DNA of 64,000 nucleotides from NCBI GenBank assembly GCA_947304395.1, contig CAMZBA010000002.1, forward strand, positions 48,593 to 112,592, written 5' to 3'. The number at the start of each line of letters is the position of its first letter. Within the stretch, counting starts at the first letter, position 1. The position numbers and the translations under genes are program-made. Below, in pieces: positions 19,401 to 28,600 of this stretch. The notes under the pieces were generated by a model. It was not told the origin of the DNA, searched no databases, and saw nothing but the letters and a program-made list of their open reading frames with translations. The DNA is from an uncultured Candidatus Saccharibacteria bacterium (GTDB taxonomy: Bacteria > Patescibacteriota > Saccharimonadia > Saccharimonadales > Saccharimonadaceae).

Positions 19401-20893
19401 TCAACCAAAATGGCGCCTTTAATGGTAATGCCGACGATTCTAGCTCTTTGTCCAACGGCGGTAGTACTGTAGGAGAATTCTCTATTTCAGTACCAGACGA
19501 ACTAGAAATTGGCGACAAAGTCTGTGTTAGCCTCACCGTTACACCAGCAGATAGCCACAACAAATTCATGCAATATGTAGCTGGGTCAGGAGATAATTAC
19601 GTTGCCGTCACGGAAACCGGCACTAGCAGTAAGACTGCCGAATTCTGTCGCACTGTCGCTAAATTACCAACCATGAGCGTAGAGGGATCTAATGCCTTTA
19701 CCGGCGACACTGACCCTAATGGCTATGGTTTTAATACCTCTAGATTTAGCAAAACATTCGACAACAGCGGCGCTAGCTACATGTTTGGCTCATGGTCGGA
19801 ATACGGTGTTTACGGTAAAGTAACCGTGAATAACAACCATGGCTTTGCCTCTGGCGCAACCTTCGGCTACCAAACTGGCAATAATGGCAATATTGCCATC
19901 AACCAAACTCGCTCCAATAGCGGGGAAGTTGCCAAGAGCGGCGCCGCCCATAGCAGCACTTGCGTCTATTCCACCCAGACTTTCGTGAACGCAAACTGCA
20001 ACAGCAACGATGTTGGCAAAGCCGGCATTGGCGAAAATGCCGCAAGACAATTCCGCGAGCGTATTGAGGATCGCTTCACTTCTGGCTCATCTCCTTGGAT
20101 TAGGGAGTCCGAATATGGCAACGACTGCGTAACAAGCAATTACTACCATACTCACAAATGCATCAGCGCCAAAGGCGACTATGCGGACGGCGCTTACCAT
20201 AAATACGCAGATTACGATGTCTACATGAACAACAACAAGGACGAAAACGGCGAATATATCCGCGATGAAAACGGCATGATCCATGTCCGCATCGATGGCA
20301 ACGCCTACTTCGGCTCCGCTACATCGAGTAACTCCACCAAGCTCGACATGGTCATGAACCATAACTTCTGGAGCGATACTGAGACCTTCAACTGGACCTA
20401 TGTCTACGAGATTGGCGGCACCTTTGTTCTGGATGGCGACATCAAAGTTGGAGACATTCGCAACGGTCAGAATAACTACCGCGACGATCCAACCATGCAA
20501 AGATTAGGTAACGTTCGCGTGCCGATCATCTCCGTCAACAAGTTGCATCTTACCAACCGCGTTACTCGCATTGATGCCATCATCTTGGCTAACGAGATCG
20601 ATACCTGCGCCTACAACTCTTACGCAGACTTCGTCAGCGGCAACAGGATTAAGTCCGACCGCAGCAACCTGAGTGCAGACGTCTGCAACAACACTGTCGA
20701 ATTTAGGGCCCCAGTCTACACCAAGAAGCTTATCCTAAACCGCACAGCTGGTAGCGAAAGAGGCAACAGCACTATCCAACGCGCCGAGATATTTGACATG
20801 AATATGGCAGCCTATCTTTGGAGTTACAACCAGATGTCCCGCTACAGCCAAGCGGTGACGGTAGAGCAAAGGGAAAGCGCACCGAGGTATTAG
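16418..20893 (+). CDS. giant secreted/surface protein (1,491 aa), no recognisable domain
   Basis: One uninterrupted ORF. The preferred start is GTG 16418, after a GGGAG SD and 2 nt past the upstream stop; the TTG at 16361 in the track overlaps the previous gene. It has a signal-anchor (FYGITIIVLAVCATILLQNPVSAA) and an Asn/Ser/Thr/Gly/Tyr-rich composition. Confidence 0.7.
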   Translation: MENKKCVNNTKNKFYGITIIVLAVCATILLQNPVSAACRSYDAKKDKYVGNSELCLKTMPNNEQINEWNLDNVTSTEVILDRNAVAITKAAISYDEEAKDEYEVVSFDTYNVLSTVSGNNKKSIRYKTALKKSDTLYELPGEIYLKYKNAARSTSGERYDMKITIKNIKVKAGADRKKGIPIVWGSDEILKFGAFSYNGDGNGGYHGIKYTIVVQLYVSGTNFKTHIPSGNKMLWGFDDVDVPDKFADEKQYRDWSDGKITKTRHWAEHVEIPSDGYNGAFYISSDSNLSIDKNKDGTVHIYNSAKYGETGKEDVLYLVDPNGFHYIWQGTDCATVAAAIAGTIYFGHSEIYSGNTLLSQNGTVTVHSNSKSIRFRHYIERNNEGPQTDNERYYVASGTYAPPAKGSATSPKSYTSERSKTKEVYTTDDKDNPKDIAISPGQSFNVWQTLYYEASNTTNVLGRNVDITCDINKTEVQGTACIKLYRPPATFTATVTANAKLNGNNFVEPSNNSNKVTTSDGSFSIQFGGKIKRILTENDSEKDAGGTVATEFATFQSIGNASSNNMVANTRNPEGNDTISTNALSVDGTHNIFTSKNVYNGTLKYGEERTVCGVVHYRNVIDQRLSGGYSSTSAYKCVKVYRDPKPCDINTGIEFGIHNGENLGRIGAVNYSVSGNDNFSYTPNDAASYLNASDHTQRVTVWARPGDSIKFEHSGCAGAQYAINNNSSLSNVTSYNSTGRLRHYTASSWSVNPADVNVNDYLFGEKLSAKSQDSPLKYSSSKTWSSTDTGSSFLVGDNVELSEQSPSDTTNSTYARDTYNNKSYSCLNLNENAPFQSNHYQIAGVNNTNDTSCHAYSKTTVASDAGHIITQRLNWNYLKVVNDSLSLSGRNTKLTAEANVMIPYNYNAQPYISGPNANVVYRGSSMGVNLKVFVTPRKNGAFGAGDTEQDKALNTYATITKPTTVTAQYYYRSRNNFNSIFGRTTINGAAYSGRLNQNGAFNGNADDSSSLSNGGSTVGEFSISVPDELEIGDKVCVSLTVTPADSHNKFMQYVAGSGDNYVAVTETGTSSKTAEFCRTVAKLPTMSVEGSNAFTGDTDPNGYGFNTSRFSKTFDNSGASYMFGSWSEYGVYGKVTVNNNHGFASGATFGYQTGNNGNIAINQTRSNSGEVAKSGAAHSSTCVYSTQTFVNANCNSNDVGKAGIGENAARQFRERIEDRFTSGSSPWIRESEYGNDCVTSNYYHTHKCISAKGDYADGAYHKYADYDVYMNNNKDENGEYIRDENGMIHVRIDGNAYFGSATSSNSTKLDMVMNHNFWSDTETFNWTYVYEIGGTFVLDGDIKVGDIRNGQNNYRDDPTMQRLGNVRVPIISVNKLHLTNRVTRIDAIILANEIDTCAYNSYADFVSGNRIKSDRSNLSADVCNNTVEFRAPVYTKKLILNRTAGSERGNSTIQRAEIFDMNMAAYLWSYNQMSRYSQAVTVEQRESAPRY

Positions 20894-20908
20894 AAGGCAC
20901 GAGAAGTG

Positions 20909-20917
20909 TGATATAAT
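20909..20917 (+). promoter_or_regulatory. extended -10 (TGaTATAAT) ending 6 nt before ATG 20924
   Basis: The sequence tgatataat lies at 20909-20917 and ATG at 20924. There is no room for an SD sequence. Confidence 0.3.
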
Positions 20918-20923
20918 GCTAAC

Positions 20924-21676
20924 ATGCTAGCGGCAATTCTAATATTGGTTCTTATATTTTACACTGCATTCGTAATCTCTAATTACAGCACCGAACCAAG
21001 CGACGATGAAGTAGACATCAGCAGAACCCCTCAGATGAAAAAACTGTGGAGCCTTGCTCAGACTGCAATACGTGAGCGCAAGCCGCTAAAAGCCGAAAAG
21101 GCATTACTCACTATTCTAAAGTTCGACAAAAAGAATGCCGCGGCATACAACCGCCTCGGCATTCTTTATGCCAAAGAAAAGCATTACAAAGAAGCTATCG
21201 AGTGTTTCGAAATCGCCCAATCGCTAGACAATAATGCTTCAAGCCTTCACAACGTTGGCCTAATCTATCTTGAAACCGGCAAATTCGAAAAAGCAGCAAT
21301 GGCGTTCTCGCAGGCAATTGAACTAGAGGGCGATCAGCCGGGCCGTTACATTGCCTACGCAAAAGCACTAGAAAAAATCGGCGAGCGCCATAAAGCCACC
21401 GAGGCACTCGAAACGGCATATAGTCTGAACCCATCCACAGTAGTATTAAGGCATCTGCTAGAGCTATACGAGAATGCCGGCGACGTCGAAAATATCGAGT
21501 TGACTCGTAAACGCATCGACGAACTGCAGGCGGCAAAGGAACAAGCCGCCGCCAAGGCCGTCAAACCAAAACGCCGCATCATCAAGCGTGAGCCAAAGGC
21601 ACCAAAGCCACCAAAAGAGCGCAAAGCCAATAAGGCTGCTAATGATAAGCAAGCTAAAAAACGAAAAATAATTTGA
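20924..21676 (+). CDS. membrane-anchored TPR-repeat protein with Lys-rich tail
   Basis: N-terminal TM helix, about four 34-aa TPR-like repeats (AAAYNRLGILYAKEKHYKEAIECFEIAQSLD ...), and a KPKRRIIKREPKAPKPPKERK tail. Confidence 0.7.
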   Translation: MLAAILILVLIFYTAFVISNYSTEPSDDEVDISRTPQMKKLWSLAQTAIRERKPLKAEKALLTILKFDKKNAAAYNRLGILYAKEKHYKEAIECFEIAQSLDNNASSLHNVGLIYLETGKFEKAAMAFSQAIELEGDQPGRYIAYAKALEKIGERHKATEALETAYSLNPSTVVLRHLLELYENAGDVENIELTRKRIDELQAAKEQAAAKAVKPKRRIIKREPKAPKPPKERKANKAANDKQAKKRKII

Positions 21677-22107
21677 TTATGCATAAAAAGACCGCGTTGC
21701 CACCAAAACTAATAATATTCGGATACATCGTCTGTGCTATTATTGCTATTGCATTTATTATTACGGGCGGCGTTAAAAGTGGAACCGTCACGCAAACCGG
21801 CACCGACGAGTGTTGCGATCAAGGTATCACATATATCACAAACTCAACCGTAAATATAATTGTTTGCCACATTCTTTTGATCGTAAACGCGGTGCTATTC
21901 GTCGTTCCGATAAACAAATACAAACACAAATTGCTAATAGCTATATTACTATGTCTCCCAATATTGCTCATTCCCATCCAATTTACGACATTTACGGGCG
22001 GGATAGGAGTCTGGACAATTCAACGTACTATTAGCCCACTGCTAGTAATCGAAAAAATGAACGACGAAATTCGCATTTATCCACATATTATCCTATTGCT
22101 CAATTAA
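21673..22107 (+). CDS. small polytopic membrane protein
   Basis: 144-aa ORF with four hydrophobic helices. ATGA-type overlap with the upstream gene. Confidence 0.55.
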   Translation: MIMHKKTALPPKLIIFGYIVCAIIAIAFIITGGVKSGTVTQTGTDECCDQGITYITNSTVNIIVCHILLIVNAVLFVVPINKYKHKLLIAILLCLPILLIPIQFTTFTGGIGVWTIQRTISPLLVIEKMNDEIRIYPHIILLLN

Positions 22108-22162
22108 AATTCGCCACACCTTGCGCTAAACTAAAAAATCTATTAGAATAATCATATTGCAT

Positions 22163-22238
22163 GCCGCAATAGCTCAGTTGGTAGAGCAGCCGCCTTGTAA
22201 GCGGCAGGTCATCAGTTCAAGTCTGATTTGCGGCTCCA
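22163..22238 (+). tRNA. tRNA-Thr (anticodon TGT)
   Basis: 76-nt cloverleaf: GCCGCAA acceptor, GCTC/GAGC D stem, GCCGC-CTTGTAA-GCGGC anticodon arm, ATCAG-TTCAAGT-CTGAT T arm, encoded CCA. Confidence 0.93.
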
Positions 22239-22317
22239 AGACTAGGATATTTTCCTAAAAATATCTTAATCTTGGAAGGCATATCGCTTCACTAAAAAGC
22301 ATCTGGAGGGAATTGGC

Positions 22318-23745
22318 ATGATTGAACGAGAAAAGCTCGTCAATGACAAAGATACTAACAATGATTGGGACGCCGTCGCACACCCAGATGCCAGCGAGGA
22401 ACAAGAAGTTGAAGCTCCCAGAGCATTCGAGTTTTACAACAATATCGCAGATGAAGCCGATATTCCGATTTTAACCCACCTAAACAGCACAAACCCCGAA
22501 GCAAAGACGGAGTTTTTATCAAATCCCACACTTGAACGCCCAAATAATGAGTGGGCCAAACTCAAACCTTCGCTCTACGAGGAAAATATCGCCAAAATAG
22601 AAGCAACAGAATCGCAGTTAGAAAATGACGACCGCCTATCTCATCGCGAAAAACTTCTACTCAAAATCGAATTTAGCTATATCGAGAAGAAAAACAGACT
22701 AGCATTAGCAACTGCCGAGTATAACTCCGCCACAACGCCAGAAGAACAACAGACGGCTCGGATAGAACACCAAAAAGCAAACGCCGAACTATACGGCATA
22801 CCCGACGAAGGTGTTTTCTATGCTTTGCTTAAGCAAAAAATTGGCAAAATCAATGTAGACTCCCTGTCGCCAGAAGATCGCCAAGAGTACGACGAATTAA
22901 TGGGCATGCTCGGAGACTTACCGATAAGCACCGAACCATTATACGCCCCGCAGCAAAGCACCATTGACCGTTTTGGCGAAATGGTCAAAATCTTTTACGA
23001 ACCATTTCTACACCATATCCCAGAAGACAAAGAATCTTTCACAGCTCAGGATACTACCGATATTGTCAACGAAATAATCCACGATGAGATCGGCGAGGAG
23101 ACCGCATGGCACGCAAAGGTTAAACCGAAAGCAGGAATGGCCAGCGTAGGGTCAAAAAGCAAAGTTATCAATTTTCCTGGCGCACGCAGCAAAGGCGATT
23201 ATACTACGCAAGAGTTAGAAAAGATTATCGTACACGAACTTGGCACACACGCACTTCGAGGCATAGCCTACGAAGACTCCACTATTCAAATCTTCCGCAC
23301 CGAAAGCCTTCCCGGGCGCGAAACCTTTGAGGAGGGCATAGCCAAAGCAGTGGAACAATCTCTGGAAGGGAGATTCGAAGACCCAGACTCTCCGGCCCCA
23401 TCGAGATATATCATGATTGGGTTAGCAAACTTCCGCCAAACAAACTTCCGCCAAACTTTCGAAATCATGAAATGCCTAGAACATCTGACTGGCGGCTGGA
23501 GCGAGGAGCAACTCTACGATAATCTCCAACGCGTATATCGCGGCACTGGCGCGCTACCAAACAACAAAGACCTTGCCTACTACAACGGCAACATTGACGC
23601 CTGGAAATTCATCGAAAAAAATATCGACGACCCAAATCTATTTGACCGCATCTTTTTATCGGGCAAAATCAACTCTGAAGATCCAGAGCAGGAATATCTC
23701 TCCTACGAGATGAAAACCGGCGCAATGGAAACCGGCAATAACTAG
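22318..23745 (+). CDS. DUF1704/MATCAP-like metallopeptidase (HExxxH)
   Basis: IIVHELGTHALRG (an HExxxH motif) is followed by ETFEEGIAKAVEQ, which resembles the QEGLA motif of the DUF1704 tyrosine-carboxypeptidase family. The N-terminal half is acidic and helical. Confidence 0.55.
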   Translation: MIEREKLVNDKDTNNDWDAVAHPDASEEQEVEAPRAFEFYNNIADEADIPILTHLNSTNPEAKTEFLSNPTLERPNNEWAKLKPSLYEENIAKIEATESQLENDDRLSHREKLLLKIEFSYIEKKNRLALATAEYNSATTPEEQQTARIEHQKANAELYGIPDEGVFYALLKQKIGKINVDSLSPEDRQEYDELMGMLGDLPISTEPLYAPQQSTIDRFGEMVKIFYEPFLHHIPEDKESFTAQDTTDIVNEIIHDEIGEETAWHAKVKPKAGMASVGSKSKVINFPGARSKGDYTTQELEKIIVHELGTHALRGIAYEDSTIQIFRTESLPGRETFEEGIAKAVEQSLEGRFEDPDSPAPSRYIMIGLANFRQTNFRQTFEIMKCLEHLTGGWSEEQLYDNLQRVYRGTGALPNNKDLAYYNGNIDAWKFIEKNIDDPNLFDRIFLSGKINSEDPEQEYLSYEMKTGAMETGNN

Positions 23746-23884
23746 CACCCCCCTTTCCAAAATATACCCTAATTATAGCATACATAAGCATAATAGTCAA
23801 GTATCTCCTTTTGTACATCAAGGCAAATCATGTTATAATATGCATATCGTTCATAATCCGCAAAACCAGCTTAGGAGGTGAAGC

Positions 23885-24043
23885 ATGATATCTTTTACCG
23901 AGGAACAGTTAAGTAAAGATTGTCCGGACTGCGTAGAACAGTTTCGGCAAATCAGGGAAATTATCAACGAAGCAACTTTCAAAGACGTTGGCAAGCTGAG
24001 CTGCCACGTGCTCGCCAGATTACTGAAAACTCGCAAAGCTTGA
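23885..24043 (+). CDS. small hypothetical protein (52 aa)
   Basis: ATG 23885 lies 6 nt after AGGAGGTG, with a TGtTATAAT promoter-like element at 23831-23839. It is below the size cut-off of the ORF track. The antisense 78-aa track ORF is less plausible. Confidence 0.45.
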   Translation: MISFTEEQLSKDCPDCVEQFRQIREIINEATFKDVGKLSCHVLARLLKTRKA

Positions 24044-24107
24044 CGAAATGACATTGATGTTACATAATTAACCAGAGCGAAAATCACACGAAAGGGGGTG
24101 ATAGCTA

Positions 24108-24563
24108 GTGATAACTAAACGCTTGAACATCGGAAAAAAGGAGATACAGATTAAGTATCATCCATGCGACTGGACAGAATCACCATTCGTAAAGGAGCGC
24201 GACCTCACGAGCATTTCGAGGTGGATCGTAAACTACGACATGATGAACAAGTGTACGTACGTCAGCAAAGATGCTCCGAGCTGGTACGTAGACCTGGCCT
24301 GTCTGTATGAAGAGATCTGCATTGGCGGTCTATATGATGAAATCTTGAATCTTCCGCCCGGCGACTCCCGCTGTAGGCGCGTCGAGGAGTTCATTCTCTG
24401 TATCGCCGGCGAGCACCGCGAAGAGTACATCCGTGCGCGAATCGACATGTATGAGCAGCTGCTCGAAAAGAAAGGATACGCGCCCGGCATGGATATACGC
24501 ATGCGCTGCGCGCTTGCCATGCTTAAGGCGATGCAGGGATGGCAGCTACTGCTCGATGAGTAG
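24108..24563 (+). CDS. hypothetical protein (151 aa)
   Basis: GTG start after GAAAGGGGGTG. Locally GC-richer. Followed by a strong terminator. No recognisable motif. Confidence 0.55.
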   Translation: MITKRLNIGKKEIQIKYHPCDWTESPFVKERDLTSISRWIVNYDMMNKCTYVSKDAPSWYVDLACLYEEICIGGLYDEILNLPPGDSRCRRVEEFILCIAGEHREEYIRARIDMYEQLLEKKGYAPGMDIRMRCALAMLKAMQGWQLLLDE

Positions 24564-24594
24564 TCAACCTAAGCGCTTACGTCATCACAAAACC

Positions 24595-24620
24595 AAGCCC
24601 GCAAGTAATTGCGGGCTTTT
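24595..24620 (+). terminator. rho-independent terminator
   Basis: Perfect 10-bp stem aagcccgcaa / ttgcgggctt with loop gtaa and trailing Ts. Confidence 0.7.
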
Positions 24621-24661
24621 ACTTGCACATGTCTCCCAAAAATGCTAATATATATCTATTC

Positions 24662-24747
24662 GCTGGGATAGCGAAGTGGTCAAACGCATCAGACTGTAAA
24701 TCTGCCGGCTTCGGCCTTCGTAGGTTCGACTCCTACTCCCAGCACCA
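24662..24747 (+). tRNA. tRNA-Tyr (anticodon GTA), long variable arm
   Basis: GCTGGGA/TCCCAGC acceptor, anticodon loop CTGTAAA, variable-arm hairpin CCGGCTTCGGCC, GTAGG-TTCGACT-CCTAC T arm, encoded CCA. Confidence 0.9.
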
Positions 24748-24835
24748 AGGAAAAATCCTGAGCATTAGCTTGGGATTTTTTCTTTTTAGTAAGGGGGGTA
24801 GGAGGAGAACCGTAGGTTCGGACGAGGTAGGAGAC
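24731..24835 (+). repeat. repeat unit 1: tRNA-Tyr 3' end (19 bp), terminator hairpin and 38-bp taggaggagaaccgtaggttcgga.g.ggtaggagac box
   Basis: Direct comparison with 24910-25007. tcctactcccagcaccaag is identical in both copies. Both copies then have a hairpin ending in gggattttt, followed by the 38-bp box with two mismatches. Confidence 0.8.
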
Positions 24836-24909
24836 GAGTGAAGCAGAAATGCTTGCATTTCTATTTCCGAGTCGACGCCCCGAGTTGAGCAACTCAACGA
24901 GTTGCGTTC

Positions 24910-25007
24910 TCCTACTCCCAGCACCAAGCAAATAGCCCGAGTTTCAGCTCGGGATTTTTGCTTATTGGGATAGGAGGAGAACCGTAGGTTCGGATGCGGT
25001 AGGAGAC
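24910..25007 (+). repeat. repeat unit 2: partial tRNA-Tyr 3' end, terminator hairpin and 38-bp box, ending at the ATG of 25008
   Basis: Same three-part unit as at 24731-24835. No T-arm 5' half or anticodon arm lies upstream, so it is not a second tRNA. Confidence 0.8.
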
Positions 25008-25604
25008 ATGGCACAAATATTGTTGTATAATCATAAGCAAGAAAAGGCGAGGAAAATGCAACAAAACTATATAAATTTGGCCGGAACGACGAGCCAAAAA
25101 CCGAAAAATAGCTTTATTAAGCCAATCATTATATCCGCAATCATCATTGCAATCATGATAATCGCCGCCATCATCGCTGTTAATGTTGTACCTAAAATGC
25201 TCATCGACGACGCGCAGAATCAGAGCGACATCGTCAATCATGCCGACTACTACACGACCATGCAAAAGATTTTTACCAAGGTTTGTGGTCGAGAAATCGT
25301 CATCAGCACTCTCAGAGACGAGCTAAAGGATATCTCCAACGAAATCGACATCGAGGACTACAATAGCTATGGTCGAATCGTGCTAGCAGGAACCAAAGAA
25401 TACATTCAATATCTGTCCGTCAACGAAGAGTCCGATTCTCCCGACACGGCCGTAGATTTCGTCTACCATGAGCCAATCCAAAATACCGACACCTTCATTC
25501 TCCAATCAGGCGAAAAAACTTTTCAGCATTTTAACGGAAGTTTAACTAATGAGTTCGAAACCCTCGACGAAGCCGTCATGGACCACCAACTATTCCAAAA
25601 GTAA
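25008..25604 (+). CDS. small single-pass membrane protein, family S
   Basis: TM helix (IIISAIIIAIMIIAAIIAV). C-terminus reads VDFVYHEPIQNTDTFILQSGEKTFQHFNGSLTNEFETLDEAVMDHQ, very close to the product of 8074..8598. Confidence 0.75.
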   Translation: MAQILLYNHKQEKARKMQQNYINLAGTTSQKPKNSFIKPIIISAIIIAIMIIAAIIAVNVVPKMLIDDAQNQSDIVNHADYYTTMQKIFTKVCGREIVISTLRDELKDISNEIDIEDYNSYGRIVLAGTKEYIQYLSVNEESDSPDTAVDFVYHEPIQNTDTFILQSGEKTFQHFNGSLTNEFETLDEAVMDHQLFQK

Positions 25605-25605
25605 T

Positions 25606-28600
25606 ATGTCAGACCAAGAATCCTACCAACAACCAAAGAAATCCTCGCAAAACGAGTGGAATACACTAGAGTTGCAGAAAGATACTGCGGCAGAGCTAAA
25701 GCAAAAAATTGCCACCGCCGCCCAGATAGAGATACCAGAGGGCGTCGCCGACAAAGAAGCCTATCGTCGCTCTGAAGACTATTATGCAGACATGTGCCAA
25801 TCGATTTTTGCGGCCGCATTCGATAATCCGCCCGAAGGCCTATCCGAAGACGACATCAAAACAGCCACTATCGACGTGCTTATCGACGAATCGCAAAAGT
25901 TTATCGCAGATGGCGGCAAGATGTCCGGCGATTTGGACGAGATATTATTCCCAGACCAAGACCTTACGGAAGAAGGATCTGCCATGTTAGCTCACTACGA
26001 AGACAGTTTGAAGGTTTTACGCGAAGCTAGACTAAAACAATACGCCAACGAATCGATGCGAGCTTTCCAAAACTTGGCTCAAAGGTTTGACGAAGCAAGA
26101 AAAAACGGAACCCAAATGCCAACTTTCCGCTTTTCGGAACCCCTAAGACGACTAAAACAGCTCAAGCAATACGATACCGATAACACTTCAGGTCTCGACT
26201 CAGTCTTCAATTACGTCCAAAAAAATATCATACCAAATTTCTACCCAAACCGAGCTGTGCCGATAAATGGTCGGCGTTCTCGACTACGAAGACACTCTTC
26301 GTTGAGAGATAGTTCCTATAGCCATTTGCGGATAAATCGCAGGTTTTATATGAACAAATTGCTCGATTTCGCCGAAGGAATGCCAGAACTCCTCGACGAC
26401 GCCCCCGAAAACGTACAAAGTTGTATAAGATTTTTGAACAACGCTAAAAACGAATTAAGCAATCAGGATTATAATTCAATTGAAAGAATTGCCGCACTAG
26501 GTCTCTATGGCAAAGGCGGCGAGGCAACGTTGTTTGACGAAAACGGCAAACCAACCGAAGAGTTCCAGATCGCCATCATGCTAGATTTTGCAACAACTGG
26601 CACTATTTCCCGCCGTAGTAACAGGCCCGACGTCCAAGATTTTATAAATAGCCGCAAAGGGCTGTGCGAAAAATATCTCAACGAAAAACAGCTGAAAGTT
26701 ATACAGGATCTGGCCGAGCAAAACTTAGAAAAACCACTTTGTGACGAAATTTTAGCCTCCTTATATCTCGAGAATGATCCCGCCATTTATGCCGCAAAGC
26801 TTAAGGCTGCCAATAAAATTAACAACGCGGACTATTTCAGCACTGATGCAATAGAGATATTGGCACAAATTAATACGCCGGAAGACGCCGATTTGCCAAT
26901 TGAAGAACTGAAAAAACGCGCCGAAAGCAAACTTTTTCACATAGGCTACCAGCGCGAGCACTTTCCAGACACAAAGCCATACGACAGGATGCATATCTAC
27001 AAAGCTTACGAAGAACTAATAAAGAGATTTGACAAGCAGACTATCAAAGGCCCAGACGGTTATTTCAACTACGACACTATCGGGATAAACAGACGGATTT
27101 TTGAACAGTATCTCCTGACGGCCATCGATGGTGAAAGAAAATTCCACCAGGATGACCTAGATGCATTCATTGGCCAGCTAGGAGCAATCGAGCAAATCTA
27201 CAACGACGCCAACATCGACGTAGTCAGACGCACGCAAATTCTCAGGCAAATTACACAAAGCAACGAGCCAATCAATAATAATTCCGCGCATAATACTGAA
27301 TGCCTATATAAAAACGCCAAGAACTTCCTAACCGCCTACAATAGAGAATACGACCCATTTGGAGACGACAGTGTTTTTACGACCTTTTTGGGCTTAGAAG
27401 AAACTGGTAAATATGAAATATCAGAAGAGTCCATCAATGGCATTGAAGACCTAATCAATCAAATAACCTATTCAAATTCAAACAGCCTCCAGCGTTTAAT
27501 GGCGCCAATCATCTCAGAGTTTCTGCGCAGCGGCAACTATAACATTGGCGAAGACGGCAAATTATCCTTCGATTACACTAGTGCCAAAGAGAAGCTCGAA
27601 AAAATCGAGACAATTTTCCTACGCAACAATCTCCCACCAGTGGCAAAGAATTTCTTAGTCTTCAAAACCATCCACCCAATGGACCAATTCAAACGTGACT
27701 TCGTTGAAGGCGCCGAATATAAATTATCACCAACCCTTGCGCAGGCAGAGGTACAAGGTCCATTTGGAAGTTACGGCATAATTTTGCGCAACCTCATCAA
27801 AAGTTCACTCGAGTCCAACGATATCACCATGCGCAAGTATCTCGAAAACATGCGTGATGGTCAAAAAATCTTGGACAACATCAAAAGTAACGAAACAACC
27901 TATGACGAACTAGACGAGGCATCGCAACAAACAATCTCAAACTTAATCAAACATATCGCCGCCCTCTACAACCAGACCGAGAGCGGGCAAGAAAACCCCG
28001 TCGATGCCAGCCTCGCACCAACCAAAGAAAACATCCAAACACTCGAGCAAACGCTCCGCGTCAGGGAGCGCGATACTATCGCAGACCGCGCCGTACGCTA
28101 TTTTGGCTTCACGGCTGGCCTACATGGCGTAGAAGACGCCTTGCGCAGGATGGACCAAAACAGGGAAGCTGCCGACCGGCGCAATCGCGAAACCGCCAAA
28201 CATCCACTGACTATCCACAGGGGCGACCTAATCAAAAACGTCAACGGCAAATACCTCGACAATATTCTAATGTATGGCTCAAACTCCAAGGAGTTCCTCG
28301 GCGAAGATGCCGACACTGACCAAACAGCCCTCGATACCGATGTTACGATGCGCCTAGGCGAAGATGCAGCTATCCAAGATTGTACCGAAATTCAGGACAA
28401 CCCCAATGGCAACTACGGCTATGTATGGTTTGTAATAGAAAACACGCCAGACAGATTTAGAACAACACGTCAAGACGATGGGCACCCCGGCGAAGTAGAA
28501 GATGTAAAGTTGTCAGACAACCGCCTAGAGCTATTCCAAACGGGCGTATTGGGCGAAAGTCACTACGGCATCGGCGTCGGCTTCGGTTCAGAACATATTA

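Noticed and set aside
1443-20500. Numerous nested or antisense ORFs inside long genes (e.g. 1443..1868, 6451..6813, 12.0 kb, 17869..18204, 20087..20500; likewise 51956..52456 and 62702..63223 further on)
   Set aside because: They overlap longer ORFs that have recognisable motifs or coherent TM/domain organisation. They lack SD sequences and have low-complexity or odd composition. They were treated as shadow ORFs.
24795-24930. Second tRNA, split tRNA or tmRNA-like gene ending in ...tcctactcccagcacca
   Set aside because: Only the 3' acceptor/T-stem half is present. There is no matching T-stem 5' half, anticodon arm or tag-reading frame.
24689-25265. Three overlapping minus-strand ORFs (80-117 aa)
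   Set aside because: They run across tRNA-Tyr, its duplicated 3' end and terminator hairpins, and antisense to 25008..25604. They are not credible as genes.
27900-28560. ADP-ribosyltransferase-like R-S-E triad (IHRGD, GSNSKEF, GEVEDV) in the middle of the NTase giant
   Set aside because: The motif spacing does not match known R-S-E ARTs, and each motif is short enough to occur by chance. It would need a structure-based test.
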